From IMG/VR virus record IMGVR_UViG_2541047814_000001: a stretch of DNA of 50,937 bases. The stretch is one strand, 5' to 3'. The DNA comes from a virus (Duplodnaviria; Heunggongvirae; Uroviricota; Caudoviricetes). Position numbers and translations under genes: made by a program. Numbering within the stretch: the stretch's first letter is position 1; each line of letters starts with the position of its first letter. Below, piece by piece: positions 32,163 to 41,124 of the stretch. The notes beneath the pieces were generated by a model, which had not been told where the DNA came from, did no database searches, and saw nothing but the letters and a program-made list of their open reading frames with translations.

Positions 32163-34016
32163 TTATGATGATGCCGGTGCATTTATCTCCAGCACCAGAC
32201 TTTCTATCTCAACGCCATACGCTGCATTTTTGGTAATATCCGTCAGCGTCAGCGCATTCAGCCCCAGTGTCAGACTGTCTTTTATGACCTGGAATGCCGG
32301 GCCAGCCACTCCATTCAGTTTCGGAGTAACCGTGGCACTGCCGGCGGTGAACACCAGCTCCAGCGTCTGCCAGTCGTTACTGTAATTCCCGAACTCGCCC
32401 AACTTTGTGTTTCCTGCTTTCTTGTGATGCATCAGATTCAGTTTGCCGTCTGTGGTCTGGGTGAAGAACGACATCAGGAACGGGTTACCAGTCCCGGTCA
32501 TCGCCACGACGTCAGGTAACGCTACATCGGTATACAGATAAATTCCCAGACCGAACTGGTTGTTGGTCAGTGCGCCTGACAGTCGAAACTTACAGCTCAG
32601 TCTGCCACCCCGTGTCAGCAGGGAGACTGCGTCATCCACCGGGCGCGTCAGGGACCAGGCTTTATTGCTCTGCTTGGTGATCTTAAATACACCATCTGAC
32701 AACTGAATTCCGCCATTCTTAATGCTCCAGCCCTGCGCAGCAGCGTCTCCGGCTGTCGGCAACAGGGAGATTGTGCGTATGGATGCATCTTCAGACGGCC
32801 CCGATGGCGTGTCGCCGCCGGGCGAGGCTTTGATTTCCGGTGCCTTACCACTAATGAAGGCTAAGGTGCGACCGGCTACGTTCAGAATAGCCGTTGCCAT
32901 ACGATCGGGAATAATGCCACGACGCGCCCATGAGCTGAAATGCGTCGGGCGATTTGATGATACCCAGTTTTTGTTCGTTCGGGATGCCGAACCGTAATAA
33001 CCAGACCCGGCAATATCAGGATCTTCTGACGGGTTGTTTGTCGGTGTATTAACTCCGCTACCATCGGTCATAAAGGGAACAAAATAAATCTGCTGGGATT
33101 CTTTACCTTTATATGCACCATATACCACTTCATATTGCGTACCGTGTTCTTGTTTCCACGCGTATGTCGTGTCGCCACAAATCCAGGGGACTGATGCCGG
33201 ACTTCCACCGTGACACTGCGCCGCCAGCCCGGCAAGGTCAGCACGGAACTGCTGTACCATTGCAAGAAATGCTGCTGGCTGCTGGGCGTAACTGGCATTC
33301 GTCATATCGAATTCCCCCTGCATCCAGCATATCGCCAGCAAAACGTTTTTCGGGTTTTTCTGCAATGCTGCCTTCGTGCGGAAAAGCAGATCCTGATATA
33401 ACGGCTTACCCACTCCCCAGCGAGCCGAATCCTGACTGGCTCCCGTGGACTCGCTGAATGTCCCCTCCGTGCCCTGGGTGAATGCCGAACCACCACGACA
33501 GCATGGTACCAGCAGGATCCCCGCATTATTAGGGATATACGGAAGCAGTTTTTTGGCAATATGTAAGCCCTGTCCGACACAGCCGTACTGCCCTTTGCTC
33601 AGGTCAGCCCGGGGATGGTTAATCGTACTCATATCCTGAACATCATGCAGACAATGGTCAGCAGGAATGATGTCGTTAAATACGCATACTTCACCACCGG
33701 GAGTCACTGTGTTACGACGGGCCAGTTGCTTAATGCGCGGATGGGGCGCATCGTATGAATCCGGAAGCGGAAGCCCTTCACCGTAAGCCATGGCATTGGA
33801 TTGCCCGGCCAGTACGATGACGTAGTACCACTCCGGCTCAGTTGCACCACTGACGACCACATCACCTTCTGCTGCAATCGCCTGCATCAGGGTATAAGGG
33901 GTTATGGCCACCGGACTACCAAACGGCTGCCAGCCCTCCTTCAGTTTTTGTGTCAGTCGTTTCGCAAGGTCTGACGGCGATGCCGCCCTGACCACGTCAT
34001 AGTGTTTAAATGCCAT
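32163..34016 (-). CDS. nanS-p: Prophage sialate O-acetylesterase NanS-p-like (DUF1737 N-terminus + SGNH/SASA esterase, 617 aa)
   Basis: SGNH motif LAGQSNAMAYGEG; N-terminal MAFKHYDVVRAASPSDLAKRL domain; position downstream of Q/tRNAs as in Stx phages. Confidence 0.75.
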   Translation of the reverse strand: MAFKHYDVVRAASPSDLAKRLTQKLKEGWQPFGSPVAITPYTLMQAIAAEGDVVVSGATEPEWYYVIVLAGQSNAMAYGEGLPLPDSYDAPHPRIKQLARRNTVTPGGEVCVFNDIIPADHCLHDVQDMSTINHPRADLSKGQYGCVGQGLHIAKKLLPYIPNNAGILLVPCCRGGSAFTQGTEGTFSESTGASQDSARWGVGKPLYQDLLFRTKAALQKNPKNVLLAICWMQGEFDMTNASYAQQPAAFLAMVQQFRADLAGLAAQCHGGSPASVPWICGDTTYAWKQEHGTQYEVVYGAYKGKESQQIYFVPFMTDGSGVNTPTNNPSEDPDIAGSGYYGSASRTNKNWVSSNRPTHFSSWARRGIIPDRMATAILNVAGRTLAFISGKAPEIKASPGGDTPSGPSEDASIRTISLLPTAGDAAAQGWSIKNGGIQLSDGVFKITKQSNKAWSLTRPVDDAVSLLTRGGRLSCKFRLSGALTNNQFGLGIYLYTDVALPDVVAMTGTGNPFLMSFFTQTTDGKLNLMHHKKAGNTKLGEFGNYSNDWQTLELVFTAGSATVTPKLNGVAGPAFQVIKDSLTLGLNALTLTDITKNAAYGVEIESLVLEINAPASS

Positions 34017-34209
34017 GAATCCTCCCGGGCGGGATAATGTTGTGAGTCAGATAAGGAGCAGGCTGAAGTCCGGAAGTTACAGGACAATGGCAGAAGGGAG
34101 ACTACAGCCCGCAATTCGAAAAAGACCGCGCAGTTGCGCAGAGTGATTACTATGGGGTATTATTCGCCAGCTGAAATATTACTTCACGTTTTATTGTTTA
34201 TTCCTTGCC

Positions 34210-34238
34210 GCCCGCGTCTCCCAGCGCGGGCTTTTTTT
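34210..34238 (+). terminator. Plus-strand rho-independent terminator (GCCCGCG-loop-CGCGGGC + T7)
   Basis: 7-bp GC stem and T7 read directly; a candidate promoter (TTGCGC - 18 nt - TATTAT, 34134-34163) lies about 50 nt upstream on the same strand. Confidence 0.55.
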
Positions 34239-34241
34239 GTC

Positions 34242-34430
34242 CATAAGAAAGCCCCTCCGGAGAGGGGCTAAAGCCGCGTATCTGTATCATCATGCACATG
34301 GTGCCGGGTGCCTCCCGGTGAGTTCAGCCCGGTGCCACTAAACCCGCGTCATTCTCGTTTTGATAATCAGAGATTATACCGTCACCAGTCGCCCCTCCGC
34401 TCAGGGGGATTCACCATGCGAAATTTTTTT
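34242..34430. repeat. Direct repeat unit 1 (about 180 bp, imperfect) with GCCCCTCCGGAGAGGGGC hairpin
   Basis: Shares blocks with 34735-34915 (aaagcccctccggagaggggct, ggtgccgggtgcctcccggtga, cccctccgc.cagggggattcaccatgc, tgaattgtgag). Confidence 0.6.
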
Positions 34431-34734
34431 AACAAATGCCCAGTCTGACAGGCAACTGTCAACTTACTGAATTGTGAGCAACATAGCATTTAACGGGGAA
34501 CCTGTTTTCTGCAGTAAAAAGGCCCACCGGAGCGGATGGGCCTGGAAGGATAGCGGTCATGTGATGCCGGTTTCCCGGTAACTCAGCACCGGTATCTGAG
34601 TCAACGTTTTCTCTACTGGGTCATTTCCGATACGCCCTGCCTGCTGACAGGCTTTCATCACATCTGAAAATATAGCACCCTGACTGATACTGTAGTACCT
34701 AAGGTTCCAGAAACTGTGATGTATCCGGCACAGA

Positions 34735-34915
34735 AAAGCCCCTCCGGAGAGGGGCTGGAGAGTGGCGCTATGTGCCATTGCATGGTGCCGGGTGCCTCCC
34801 GGTGAATTCAGTACCAGCACCTGAATCCGCGATTATCCCATATACCTACTCGCTGATTGCCCCTCCGCACAGGGGGATTCACCATGCCAGTTTCTTTTAA
34901 CAAACTCCCCGCAAA
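34735..34915. repeat. Direct repeat unit 2 (partner of 34242-34430)
   Basis: Same conserved blocks in the same order and orientation. Confidence 0.6.
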
Positions 34916-34989
34916 CCAGACAACAGTCAACCGCCTGAATTGTGAGACATTTAAAAAAAGCCCGCAAAAGCGAGCCAGGGAAAATAAGT

Positions 34990-35067
34990 GTGGCGCGTTG
35001 TACTGGATTCGAACCAGTGACCGATTGCTTAGAAGGCAATTGCTCTGTCCGGCTGAGCTAACAACGC
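34990..35067 (-). tRNA. tRNA-Arg (anticodon UCU)
   Basis: Minus strand folds as cloverleaf; anticodon loop CTTCTAA; T-loop TTCGAAT; 3' CCA encoded. Confidence 0.8.
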
Positions 35068-35080
35068 AGGATACAGATAA

Positions 35081-35157
35081 TGGACCGCCTTCGGGGACCC
35101 GAACTCCGCGCAACCAGCTTCGAAAGCTGGCGCTCTTTCCTGATGAGCTAATGGCGG
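35081..35157 (-). tRNA. tRNA-like gene, probably Arg (anticodon read as UCG); atypical T-arm
   Basis: D-arm GCTC...GAGC, anticodon stem CCAGC/GCTGG with loop TTTCGAA, CCA end; T-stem has one mismatch and T-loop is TTCGGGT. Confidence 0.45.
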
Positions 35158-35164
35158 TATGTGA

Positions 35165-35240
35165 TGGTGGCCCTTGCTGGATTTGAACCAGCGACCTGGC
35201 GATTATGAGTCGCTCGCTCTCACCACTGAGCTAAAGGGCC
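35165..35240 (-). tRNA. tRNA-Ile2-like (anticodon CAU; ileX/ileZ type)
   Basis: GGCCCTTTAGCTCAGTGGTGAGAGCGAGCGACTCATAATCGC...GGGCCACCA; near-canonical cloverleaf, 76 nt. Confidence 0.85.
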
Positions 35241-35289
35241 GGGAGCAGAATAATAATGGTGCGTAATTAATTCTGCAATCTCATCCGTT

Positions 35290-36339
35290 TCAAACGATTA
35301 AATCCTGAACTTCCCTGACTGTCTGCTCAAAACGTCCGGTCTCCAGTTCAACGCCAATCGCACGACGCCCAAGCGCCAGTGCCGCTTTTACCGTTGAACC
35401 TGAGCCCATAAAAAAATCTGCAACCAGGTCACCCGGACGACTGCTTGCGCTGATTATCTGCTGCAGCATTTCTGCCGGTTTTTCGCACGGATGTTTCCCG
35501 GGATAGAACTGCACCGGTTTATGTGTCCACACATCCGTGTACGGCACCTGCGCCGTCACACCAAAATACCGCCGCAGATGCTTATATTCACTCTGCAGCT
35601 CCACATACTGCCGGTTCAGTGACGTATACGTATCCACCAGCTGGTGGTGGGGCTTTTCCAGTTCACCGCGCTGATGTTTCTCTTCTGCCACCCGGGCAAA
35701 CAGCGACTGTAATTTCAGATAATCGCTTTCGTTCGGTAGCTGCCACTGACTGGCACTGAACCAGTGCGACACCATGTTTTTCTTTCCTGTGGCATCTGCA
35801 ATCTGTTTTGCCGTTATCCCCAGGGCAGCGCGCGCATCACGAAAGTAAGAAATCAGCGGGGCCATCACATGCTGTTTCAGTGCACTGCCCTTCGCCGCAT
35901 ACCCGGCATCTTTCGGACGATACGGCCCCTGATAATGTTCCGCGAACAGAATGCGCTCTGTGGCGGGGAAATACGCCCGCAGGCTTTCCTTGTTGCATCC
36001 GTTCCAGCGTCCGGACGGCTTCGCCCAGATAATATGGTTCAGCACACTGAAGCGTTCACGCATCATGATTTCGATATCAGATGCCAGGCGATGACCACAG
36101 AACAGGTAAAGACTTCCGACAGGTTTCAGCACCCGCCAGAACTGCGCCAGACACTGGTCCAGCCACTTCAGGTAATCATCGTCGCCCTTCCACTGGTTAT
36201 CCCAGCCCTCAGGCTTCACTTTAAAGTACGGCGGGTCCGTGACTATCAGGTCAACAGAATTTTCGGGTAACGACCGGATAAATTCCAGGCAGTCGGCGTT
36301 GATTAACTCACAACTGGATATTTTTACAGTATTAAGCAT
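35290..36339 (-). CDS. DNA methyltransferase (N6-adenine/N4-cytosine type, DPPY motif, 349 aa)
   Basis: Catalytic motif IVTDPPYF; C-terminal SAM-binding FFMGSGST; position between Q and the tRNAs. Confidence 0.8.
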   Translation of the reverse strand: MLNTVKISSCELINADCLEFIRSLPENSVDLIVTDPPYFKVKPEGWDNQWKGDDDYLKWLDQCLAQFWRVLKPVGSLYLFCGHRLASDIEIMMRERFSVLNHIIWAKPSGRWNGCNKESLRAYFPATERILFAEHYQGPYRPKDAGYAAKGSALKQHVMAPLISYFRDARAALGITAKQIADATGKKNMVSHWFSASQWQLPNESDYLKLQSLFARVAEEKHQRGELEKPHHQLVDTYTSLNRQYVELQSEYKHLRRYFGVTAQVPYTDVWTHKPVQFYPGKHPCEKPAEMLQQIISASSRPGDLVADFFMGSGSTVKAALALGRRAIGVELETGRFEQTVREVQDLIV

Positions 36340-36489
36340 GGATCATTAAGCCTGTCTCTGATAGGCTCATTCTGCTTTTGCGCAAAGCAGTGGGCCTGAG
36401 GTTTGCTTGTGAACCCAACGCATGAGCAGATGGCTGGTGGGTGCCCCTAACACCCACCAGCCGCCCATTTACCACAAATAAAAAAGCCT

Positions 36490-36687
36490 TCAGGACTGAA
36501 GGCGTCTGTAACAACCGAACTGATAGTCTGCCAGACCCGCCATAACCAGCTGGGTCAGTATTAACTGGCAGCGTTCGCGTGAAAGGTAAGTATTCTGCGC
36601 TATCTCCCCGACTGTCGCCGGTTCGGTAACGCTTAATTCATTAAACACCACTCTGGCGGTTTCTGTCATATCCTGCTGTTTTAGCAT
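36490..36687 (-). CDS. Small hypothetical protein, possible winged-helix DNA-binding (65 aa from MLKQQD...)
   Basis: AAGGA-like RBS upstream of internal ATG; helix-turn-helix-like TVGEIAQNTYLSRERCQLILTQLVMAGL. Confidence 0.4.
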   Translation of the reverse strand: MLKQQDMTETARVVFNELSVTEPATVGEIAQNTYLSRERCQLILTQLVMAGLADYQFGCYRRLQS

Positions 36688-36807
36688 GTCTTTTTCCTTT
36701 TTCCGGTTAACGTGACATACCAATAACTCTTGTCGAAAAAGCCAGCAAGCTGAAAGACCCGTATTCGCAACCACCAGCGTGTTTACTGTACTGACGCGAT
36801 TTTGGGC

Positions 36808-36834
36808 ATAAAAAAAAACCGCCTGACGGCAGTT
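36808..36834 (-). terminator. tR'-like terminator just downstream of the Q-like gene (also a hairpin + T8 on the plus strand)
   Basis: Minus strand AAAAAAAA-CTGCCGTCAGGCGG-TTTTTTTTT; imperfect stem, long T tract. Confidence 0.5.
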
Positions 36835-36874
36835 TTTTTTCTTACTTTGCCATCGCGTACAAAATCGGCAAAAT

Positions 36875-36915
36875 ATCAGATTTATACGAAACGTACGCTA
36901 TTTAATTGACTTTTG
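36875..36915 (-). promoter_or_regulatory. Candidate late promoter PR' with -10 TATAAA immediately after the Q stop
   Basis: TATAAA (plus 36881-36886) about 16 nt 3' of the Q stop; -35 is weak; a start here would give a short 6S-like leader ending at the tR'-like terminator. Confidence 0.3.
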
Positions 36916-37591
36916 CAATATCTCGTCGTGAAAAAGTCGCTTTTTGTTGCGCTCTTATTTTCACGGTGCAAATCACAGATTCTCTATCGAGACTCTTAAA
37001 AATATCGCACATCTCACGCCAGTAGTTCGCATAATTATGGCTCCAGTTATCAGGCTTAACTCCACACAGTCTGGCAAGCTCCTGTCTCTGGTAGACCTCA
37101 CACCCGGTAATCCATCCTCTGACATCCTGTGCCGCCAGCCAGATCAACTTCTTCACGCGCTCCTGCGTTTTCCCTGCAATTTTTCTGGTGCCGTACCGGG
37201 TTTTAAATTCATTCCACACCCACTGCGTTATCGCGATCTGATATTCCCAACAAATACTCCCGCTGTAACACCACAACAACCAGGCTTTATGATGTTCTTC
37301 AAGAGACAGAACAGCCCGCCGCCACGATGATGTCGAAAACTCAACCGGACTGACGAGAGGAATTGACACCCCCTTCGCCAGCGATTGCTTTCCCGGGATT
37401 GGTGGATTATCCCGCGTTATCATTTTTCCAGTCACTTCATCGCGGTACCGGATTTTTTTACGCCTGTAACGCCCTGTATCAAACATGGCATTCTCCTGCC
37501 AGGCCTCAAGCTGCCCTTTTGTTGATCCACTCAAATCGGCGGTGGCAATCATGAGTTGCTCACGAACAAACTGTAAATACTGGTTATTCAT
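36902..37591 (-). CDS. Antitermination protein Q-like (229 aa)
   Basis: Position between rusA and the PR'/tR'-like signals and late genes; size similar to Qin-type Q. No diagnostic motif confirmed by eye. Confidence 0.5.
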   Translation of the reverse strand: MNNQYLQFVREQLMIATADLSGSTKGQLEAWQENAMFDTGRYRRKKIRYRDEVTGKMITRDNPPIPGKQSLAKGVSIPLVSPVEFSTSSWRRAVLSLEEHHKAWLLWCYSGSICWEYQIAITQWVWNEFKTRYGTRKIAGKTQERVKKLIWLAAQDVRGWITGCEVYQRQELARLCGVKPDNWSHNYANYWREMCDIFKSLDRESVICTVKIRAQQKATFSRRDIAKVN

Positions 37592-37953
37592 GCGTACTCC
37601 AGTTCTGTGATTTTTATCCCCAACCGCCCACCAGGAACAAGCTGACCGCGCACAATATTAATTTCATCAAACTGCTCGTCGTCTATGAGCAGCCCCGCAT
37701 GCGTCAGTACATCCAGTGGTGCCTTCAGGATATTGTCCAGGTCACGACGGCGCTTATCCGGTGGCTCTGCAATAATTTCTATTGCCGGCCTTCCGGACAG
37801 GTTTAATTTCAGTTGCTGCTGGCGAACAATAAGCGCCACATCACGGCGATAACGCTCACCGACTTTTGATACAAAATATGTGCTGCCACGACGTCGCCAG
37901 TAAGTGTTCACCGTTGGCGGGTAAGGCAAAACAAATTCTATGCGTTCAGTCAT
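37588..37953 (-). CDS. rusA: Holliday junction resolvase RusA (121 aa)
   Basis: PPTVNTYWRRRG and RRRDLDNILKAPLDVLTHAGLLIDDEQ match RusA catalytic-core motifs. Confidence 0.85.
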   Translation of the reverse strand: MTERIEFVLPYPPTVNTYWRRRGSTYFVSKVGERYRRDVALIVRQQQLKLNLSGRPAIEIIAEPPDKRRRDLDNILKAPLDVLTHAGLLIDDEQFDEINIVRGQLVPGGRLGIKITELEYA

Positions 37954-39009
37954 TTATGCTTTCCACTTCAGAACACCCGAATTTCTCGCGTGCATTAAAA
38001 AACGAATCAGCAACAACAGCTGGCTGCCGTGTTTTTCTTCAAAATCTTTTACCCCGGCGTGTAGTTCGCTATGGCATTTACGGCACAGCGGAATAACAAA
38101 CAAATCATCAGCCTTTGTTCCCATCCCTCCCAGTCCATGACCAATGATGTGATGCGGATCATCTGCCTGATTGCCACACGTCATGCATTTCTGCGTTTTT
38201 ACCCAACGCGTGTATACAGGCATCTCTTCCCGTTGTGATTTCTGGCGCTGGAGATACTGAGCCGGTGACTCCGGATCAACGGCAATGCTGACCACCGTCT
38301 TTTCCTGTGGCGGGTTTTGCTGGTGGGCGTGAGGCAGCGGCGCAAGATTTTTTGTGCGCTGCTTCAGTATGCTGGTGGCGGTCTGCTCTCCCGGTACGAT
38401 GTCGCTTTCACGGTACATTGAGCGGATTTTTTCCGCACGCAACCCCAGCGAACGACGTAATACCGCTTCCGGTAGCGCGTCCGCCACCTGATTGCGGACC
38501 GCCCACCAGGATAATTCAGCCAGCGATAATTCCCGCTCCTGCGAGCCATTCATTGCATGGCGTATGACGTCAATCATCCATGCAGACAGGTTTTGGTGAG
38601 CAAGTTGCCCGAGTGATTCGGAGGTCTGGTCGCGCAGCTGGTTGTCGCAGTGCCAGCACAACACCATTGCGCCGGTACCATAACGGTGAATGACGGTTTC
38701 ACTGTGGTGATAATCGCCGTGTGGCCACTGGCAGGATTTAACATGGCGCAGTAACCAGTCAGACAATGCGCCAGCGCCACCAGCAGCACGAATCACTCGT
38801 TCGTCGCTGAAAAATGGCAGTAATGATTTATCCTCCGCCAGCGGCTGGCGAACGGCAGGAACGACCCCGGACGGCAGATTACGCATGCTTTTCGGTTCCG
38901 GCTCCACCAGTACCCGGGTATTGTGGAATACCGGCATGGATTCACGGCCCGGCTTAACGATCACCAGCCCGAGTTCCGGTACCAGAACAGGTCGAAGTAA
39001 TACCCGCAC
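37954..39009 (-). CDS. DUF968-like protein with C-terminal HNH-like Cys/His cluster (351 aa)
   Basis: CMTCGNQADDPHHIIGHGLGGMGTKADDLFVIPLCRKCHSELH; position upstream of rusA/Q as ydfU in Qin (from memory). Confidence 0.55.
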   Translation of the reverse strand: MRVLLRPVLVPELGLVIVKPGRESMPVFHNTRVLVEPEPKSMRNLPSGVVPAVRQPLAEDKSLLPFFSDERVIRAAGGAGALSDWLLRHVKSCQWPHGDYHHSETVIHRYGTGAMVLCWHCDNQLRDQTSESLGQLAHQNLSAWMIDVIRHAMNGSQERELSLAELSWWAVRNQVADALPEAVLRRSLGLRAEKIRSMYRESDIVPGEQTATSILKQRTKNLAPLPHAHQQNPPQEKTVVSIAVDPESPAQYLQRQKSQREEMPVYTRWVKTQKCMTCGNQADDPHHIIGHGLGGMGTKADDLFVIPLCRKCHSELHAGVKDFEEKHGSQLLLLIRFLMHARNSGVLKWKA

Positions 39010-39010
39010 G

Positions 39011-39283
39011 TTACCTCCAGATGCGTTGCTGGAATGTGCGGGACGGACGCGGTGGGCGTTCAGAGTAAGGAAGCCTGACGGAGATTATCCAGTGACGATA
39101 ATCGAGGCTGAGGGCTTTCTTAATCTCGTATCCGCGTCTGCGGTAGTTATGAATTAGCCATTCGGCCTGTTCTTCAGTACATGGTGGGTGTTGGTACCAG
39201 TCGGTTTTAAATGCGTGTGAACGCCGCCCATGCCGGATGGCAAGGTCGGTATCAGAATTGTGAAATTTGGTTTTGTGCGCCAT
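39011..39283 (-). CDS. Hypothetical phage protein (90 aa)
   Basis: ORF abutting the DUF968-like gene; no motif recognised. Confidence 0.4.
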   Translation of the reverse strand: MAHKTKFHNSDTDLAIRHGRRSHAFKTDWYQHPPCTEEQAEWLIHNYRRRGYEIKKALSLDYRHWIISVRLPYSERPPRPSRTFQQRIWR

Positions 39284-39450
39284 CTGTTTTCTCTGCTGGC
39301 GCAGCAGGTGTCAGGTGTTCAGGCTGACGTGCGAATTGTAAACCAGAATGCCAGAAAAAAACAAAACCCGCCGAAGCGGGTTAAGTGCGGGTGCGTTGAG
39401 GATGCCTGACACATCAGAGGTGGCGAGGGATTTCTCCCCCGCCAGGTCTC

Positions 39451-39606
39451 TTACTCCTCAGGTTCGTAAGCTGTGAAGACAGCGACCTCCGTCTGGCCGG
39501 TTCGGAGTCGTACCTCGCAGAGGTCTTTCCTCGTTACCAGTGCCGTCACTATGACGGTTAAACAGATGACGATCAGGGCGATTAACATCGCCTTTTGCTG
39601 CTTCAT
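39451..39606 (-). CDS. hok: Hok/Gef-family type I toxin (51 aa)
   Basis: MKQQKAMLIALIVICLTVIVTALVTRKDLCEVRLRTGQTEVAVFTAYEPEE is a near-canonical Hok sequence; the in-frame upstream extension is probably leader, not coding. Confidence 0.85.
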   Translation of the reverse strand: MKQQKAMLIALIVICLTVIVTALVTRKDLCEVRLRTGQTEVAVFTAYEPEE

Positions 39607-39843
39607 AGCCTGCTTCCCCTTGCCTTTCGGCACGTAAGAGGCTAACCTACATTTGTGAGACATAGATTGGGCCTCAGATTAATGTTAAGCGTCTTGCAGG
39701 ACGCGAAATGTTAACTGGGGCTTTTCTCTATCTGCCTTTCAGTGTTCATGCCTGAGACAGATAGCCTCAAGCACCCGCAGCCATTCTACTTAACTCACGT
39801 CACCTCGCCAATATGAAATCAATCAGAAAGGTGATCCATAAAA

Positions 39844-40530
39844 TCACTCCTTCTCTTCTTTTCCGTAGTGGAGTTGGCCAATTTTGATAAGAGGGCGTCC
39901 CTGAGATTTGCGGTGTAGATTGGTATCGCGCAGAGAATACACACAGCCACAATATTCCTGCTGATAGAATTTTTCGCGCTTGCTGATTTCAATCATACGG
40001 GACGAGCCGCCCTGCTTGCGCCAGTTATAATCCCAGTACACCATACCCGGATAATGCGCAACAGCTCGCCGCCCACACTCGTTAACCTGCTGCATATTTT
40101 TCCAGCGTGAAATGCCCAGTGAACTGCTGATCACACTGAAACCATTTTCAGCAGCGTACAACGCTGTCCGCTCAAAACGCATGTCAAAACACATGGTACA
40201 ACGGATCCCCCTCTCAGGCTCCCATTCCATTCCTTTGGCACGTTCAAACCAGTTGTCGGTGTCGTAATCAGCATCGATAAACGGCACGCCGTGTTGTTCA
40301 GCAAAGCGAATATTTTCATCCTTACGAATTAAATACTCTTTCTGAGGATGAATGTTCGGGTTGTAGAAAAAGATGGTGTAGTCGATTCCCGAGGCCTGAA
40401 GCGCCTCCATCACTTCACCGGAACATGGAGCACAGCAAGAGTGCAGTAGTAGTTTGTTTGCCCCGTTTGGGAGCTCCAATTTAGGCCGTTTGAAATCAGC
40501 AATAGTCATAAATATTTTTATTGGGGTCAT
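39844..40530 (-). CDS. queH: Epoxyqueuosine reductase QueH-like (DUF208, 228 aa)
   Basis: Conserved Cys motifs [28 protein letters not shown] and [11 protein letters not shown], as I recall for the DUF208/QueH family. Confidence 0.7.
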   Translation of the reverse strand: MTPIKIFMTIADFKRPKLELPNGANKLLLHSCCAPCSGEVMEALQASGIDYTIFFYNPNIHPQKEYLIRKDENIRFAEQHGVPFIDADYDTDNWFERAKGMEWEPERGIRCTMCFDMRFERTALYAAENGFSVISSSLGISRWKNMQQVNECGRRAVAHYPGMVYWDYNWRKQGGSSRMIEISKREKFYQQEYCGCVYSLRDTNLHRKSQGRPLIKIGQLHYGKEEKE

Positions 40531-40683
40531 GAAAATAGCACAGAGTGTAGCATCAGAGCAGGTCTATCGGGAATATATGTCTAAATCTGGTAATATCTGG
40601 TTTTGACGCAAAGCGGACAACCACGCTGGCTCTACCCTGCGCCATGAAAATGTCAATTCACATCTGAACTAATGCTCTTTAAT

Positions 40684-41124
40684 CTAGTAACGTCTAAAAT
40701 ACCTAACATTTCCTTGATAAAATGCCAGTACACGCTGCATAGCTTCGCTCTTCCGGCACTCGCGACAGATTATATTCAGGCGCCTGTCGTAGCGGCGTAT
40801 TTCGCCGTCTGGTAACGACCAGATAAGGTCCGGATCAACCACTGCAGGTTTCTTCACCTTTGCCCTTGAGAGTTTTTTGCGAGCATTTTGCCAGTCCTTA
40901 CGCGCCTGTTCAGACGGGAATAACCCGTAACCAGAGTTGTATACATCGCCACTGGCAACCAGCTCTCTGGCGAGAACACTCATCAGATATCTTGTCGCAC
41001 CTGTCCTGGCTTCCAGTTGCCGCAACGTCTCGCGACCGCTCAGACGTACAAGTTCAACAACCTGCCCTTTAATTTTTTCCCGCTCTTCTTGTGTAAATAC
41101 TTTTGCCATAAGCGCCTCCGGCAA
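40684..41124 (-). CDS. Hypothetical phage protein (146 aa)
   Basis: ORF in the nin-like region; C-terminal CxxC (CRECRK); no family recognised. Confidence 0.45.
   Translation of the reverse strand: MPEALMAKVFTQEEREKIKGQVVELVRLSGRETLRQLEARTGATRYLMSVLARELVASGDVYNSGYGLFPSEQARKDWQNARKKLSRAKVKKPAVVDPDLIWSLPDGEIRRYDRRLNIICRECRKSEAMQRVLAFYQGNVRYFRRY

Noticed and set aside
34020-34990. stx toxin genes at the Stx-phage position between the tRNAs and nanS-p
   Set aside because: No ORF with a signal peptide or the size of stxA/stxB exists in the interval; the listed ORFs there (e.g. 34557-34820, 34808-35113) overlap repeats and tRNA genes and look spurious.
39451-39663. 70-aa extended Hok ORF (MSHKCRLASYVPKGKGKQA + Hok)
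   Set aside because: Canonical Hok proteins are about 50 aa starting at MKQQKAM; the in-frame extension is most likely 5' leader or mok-region sequence, not part of the toxin.
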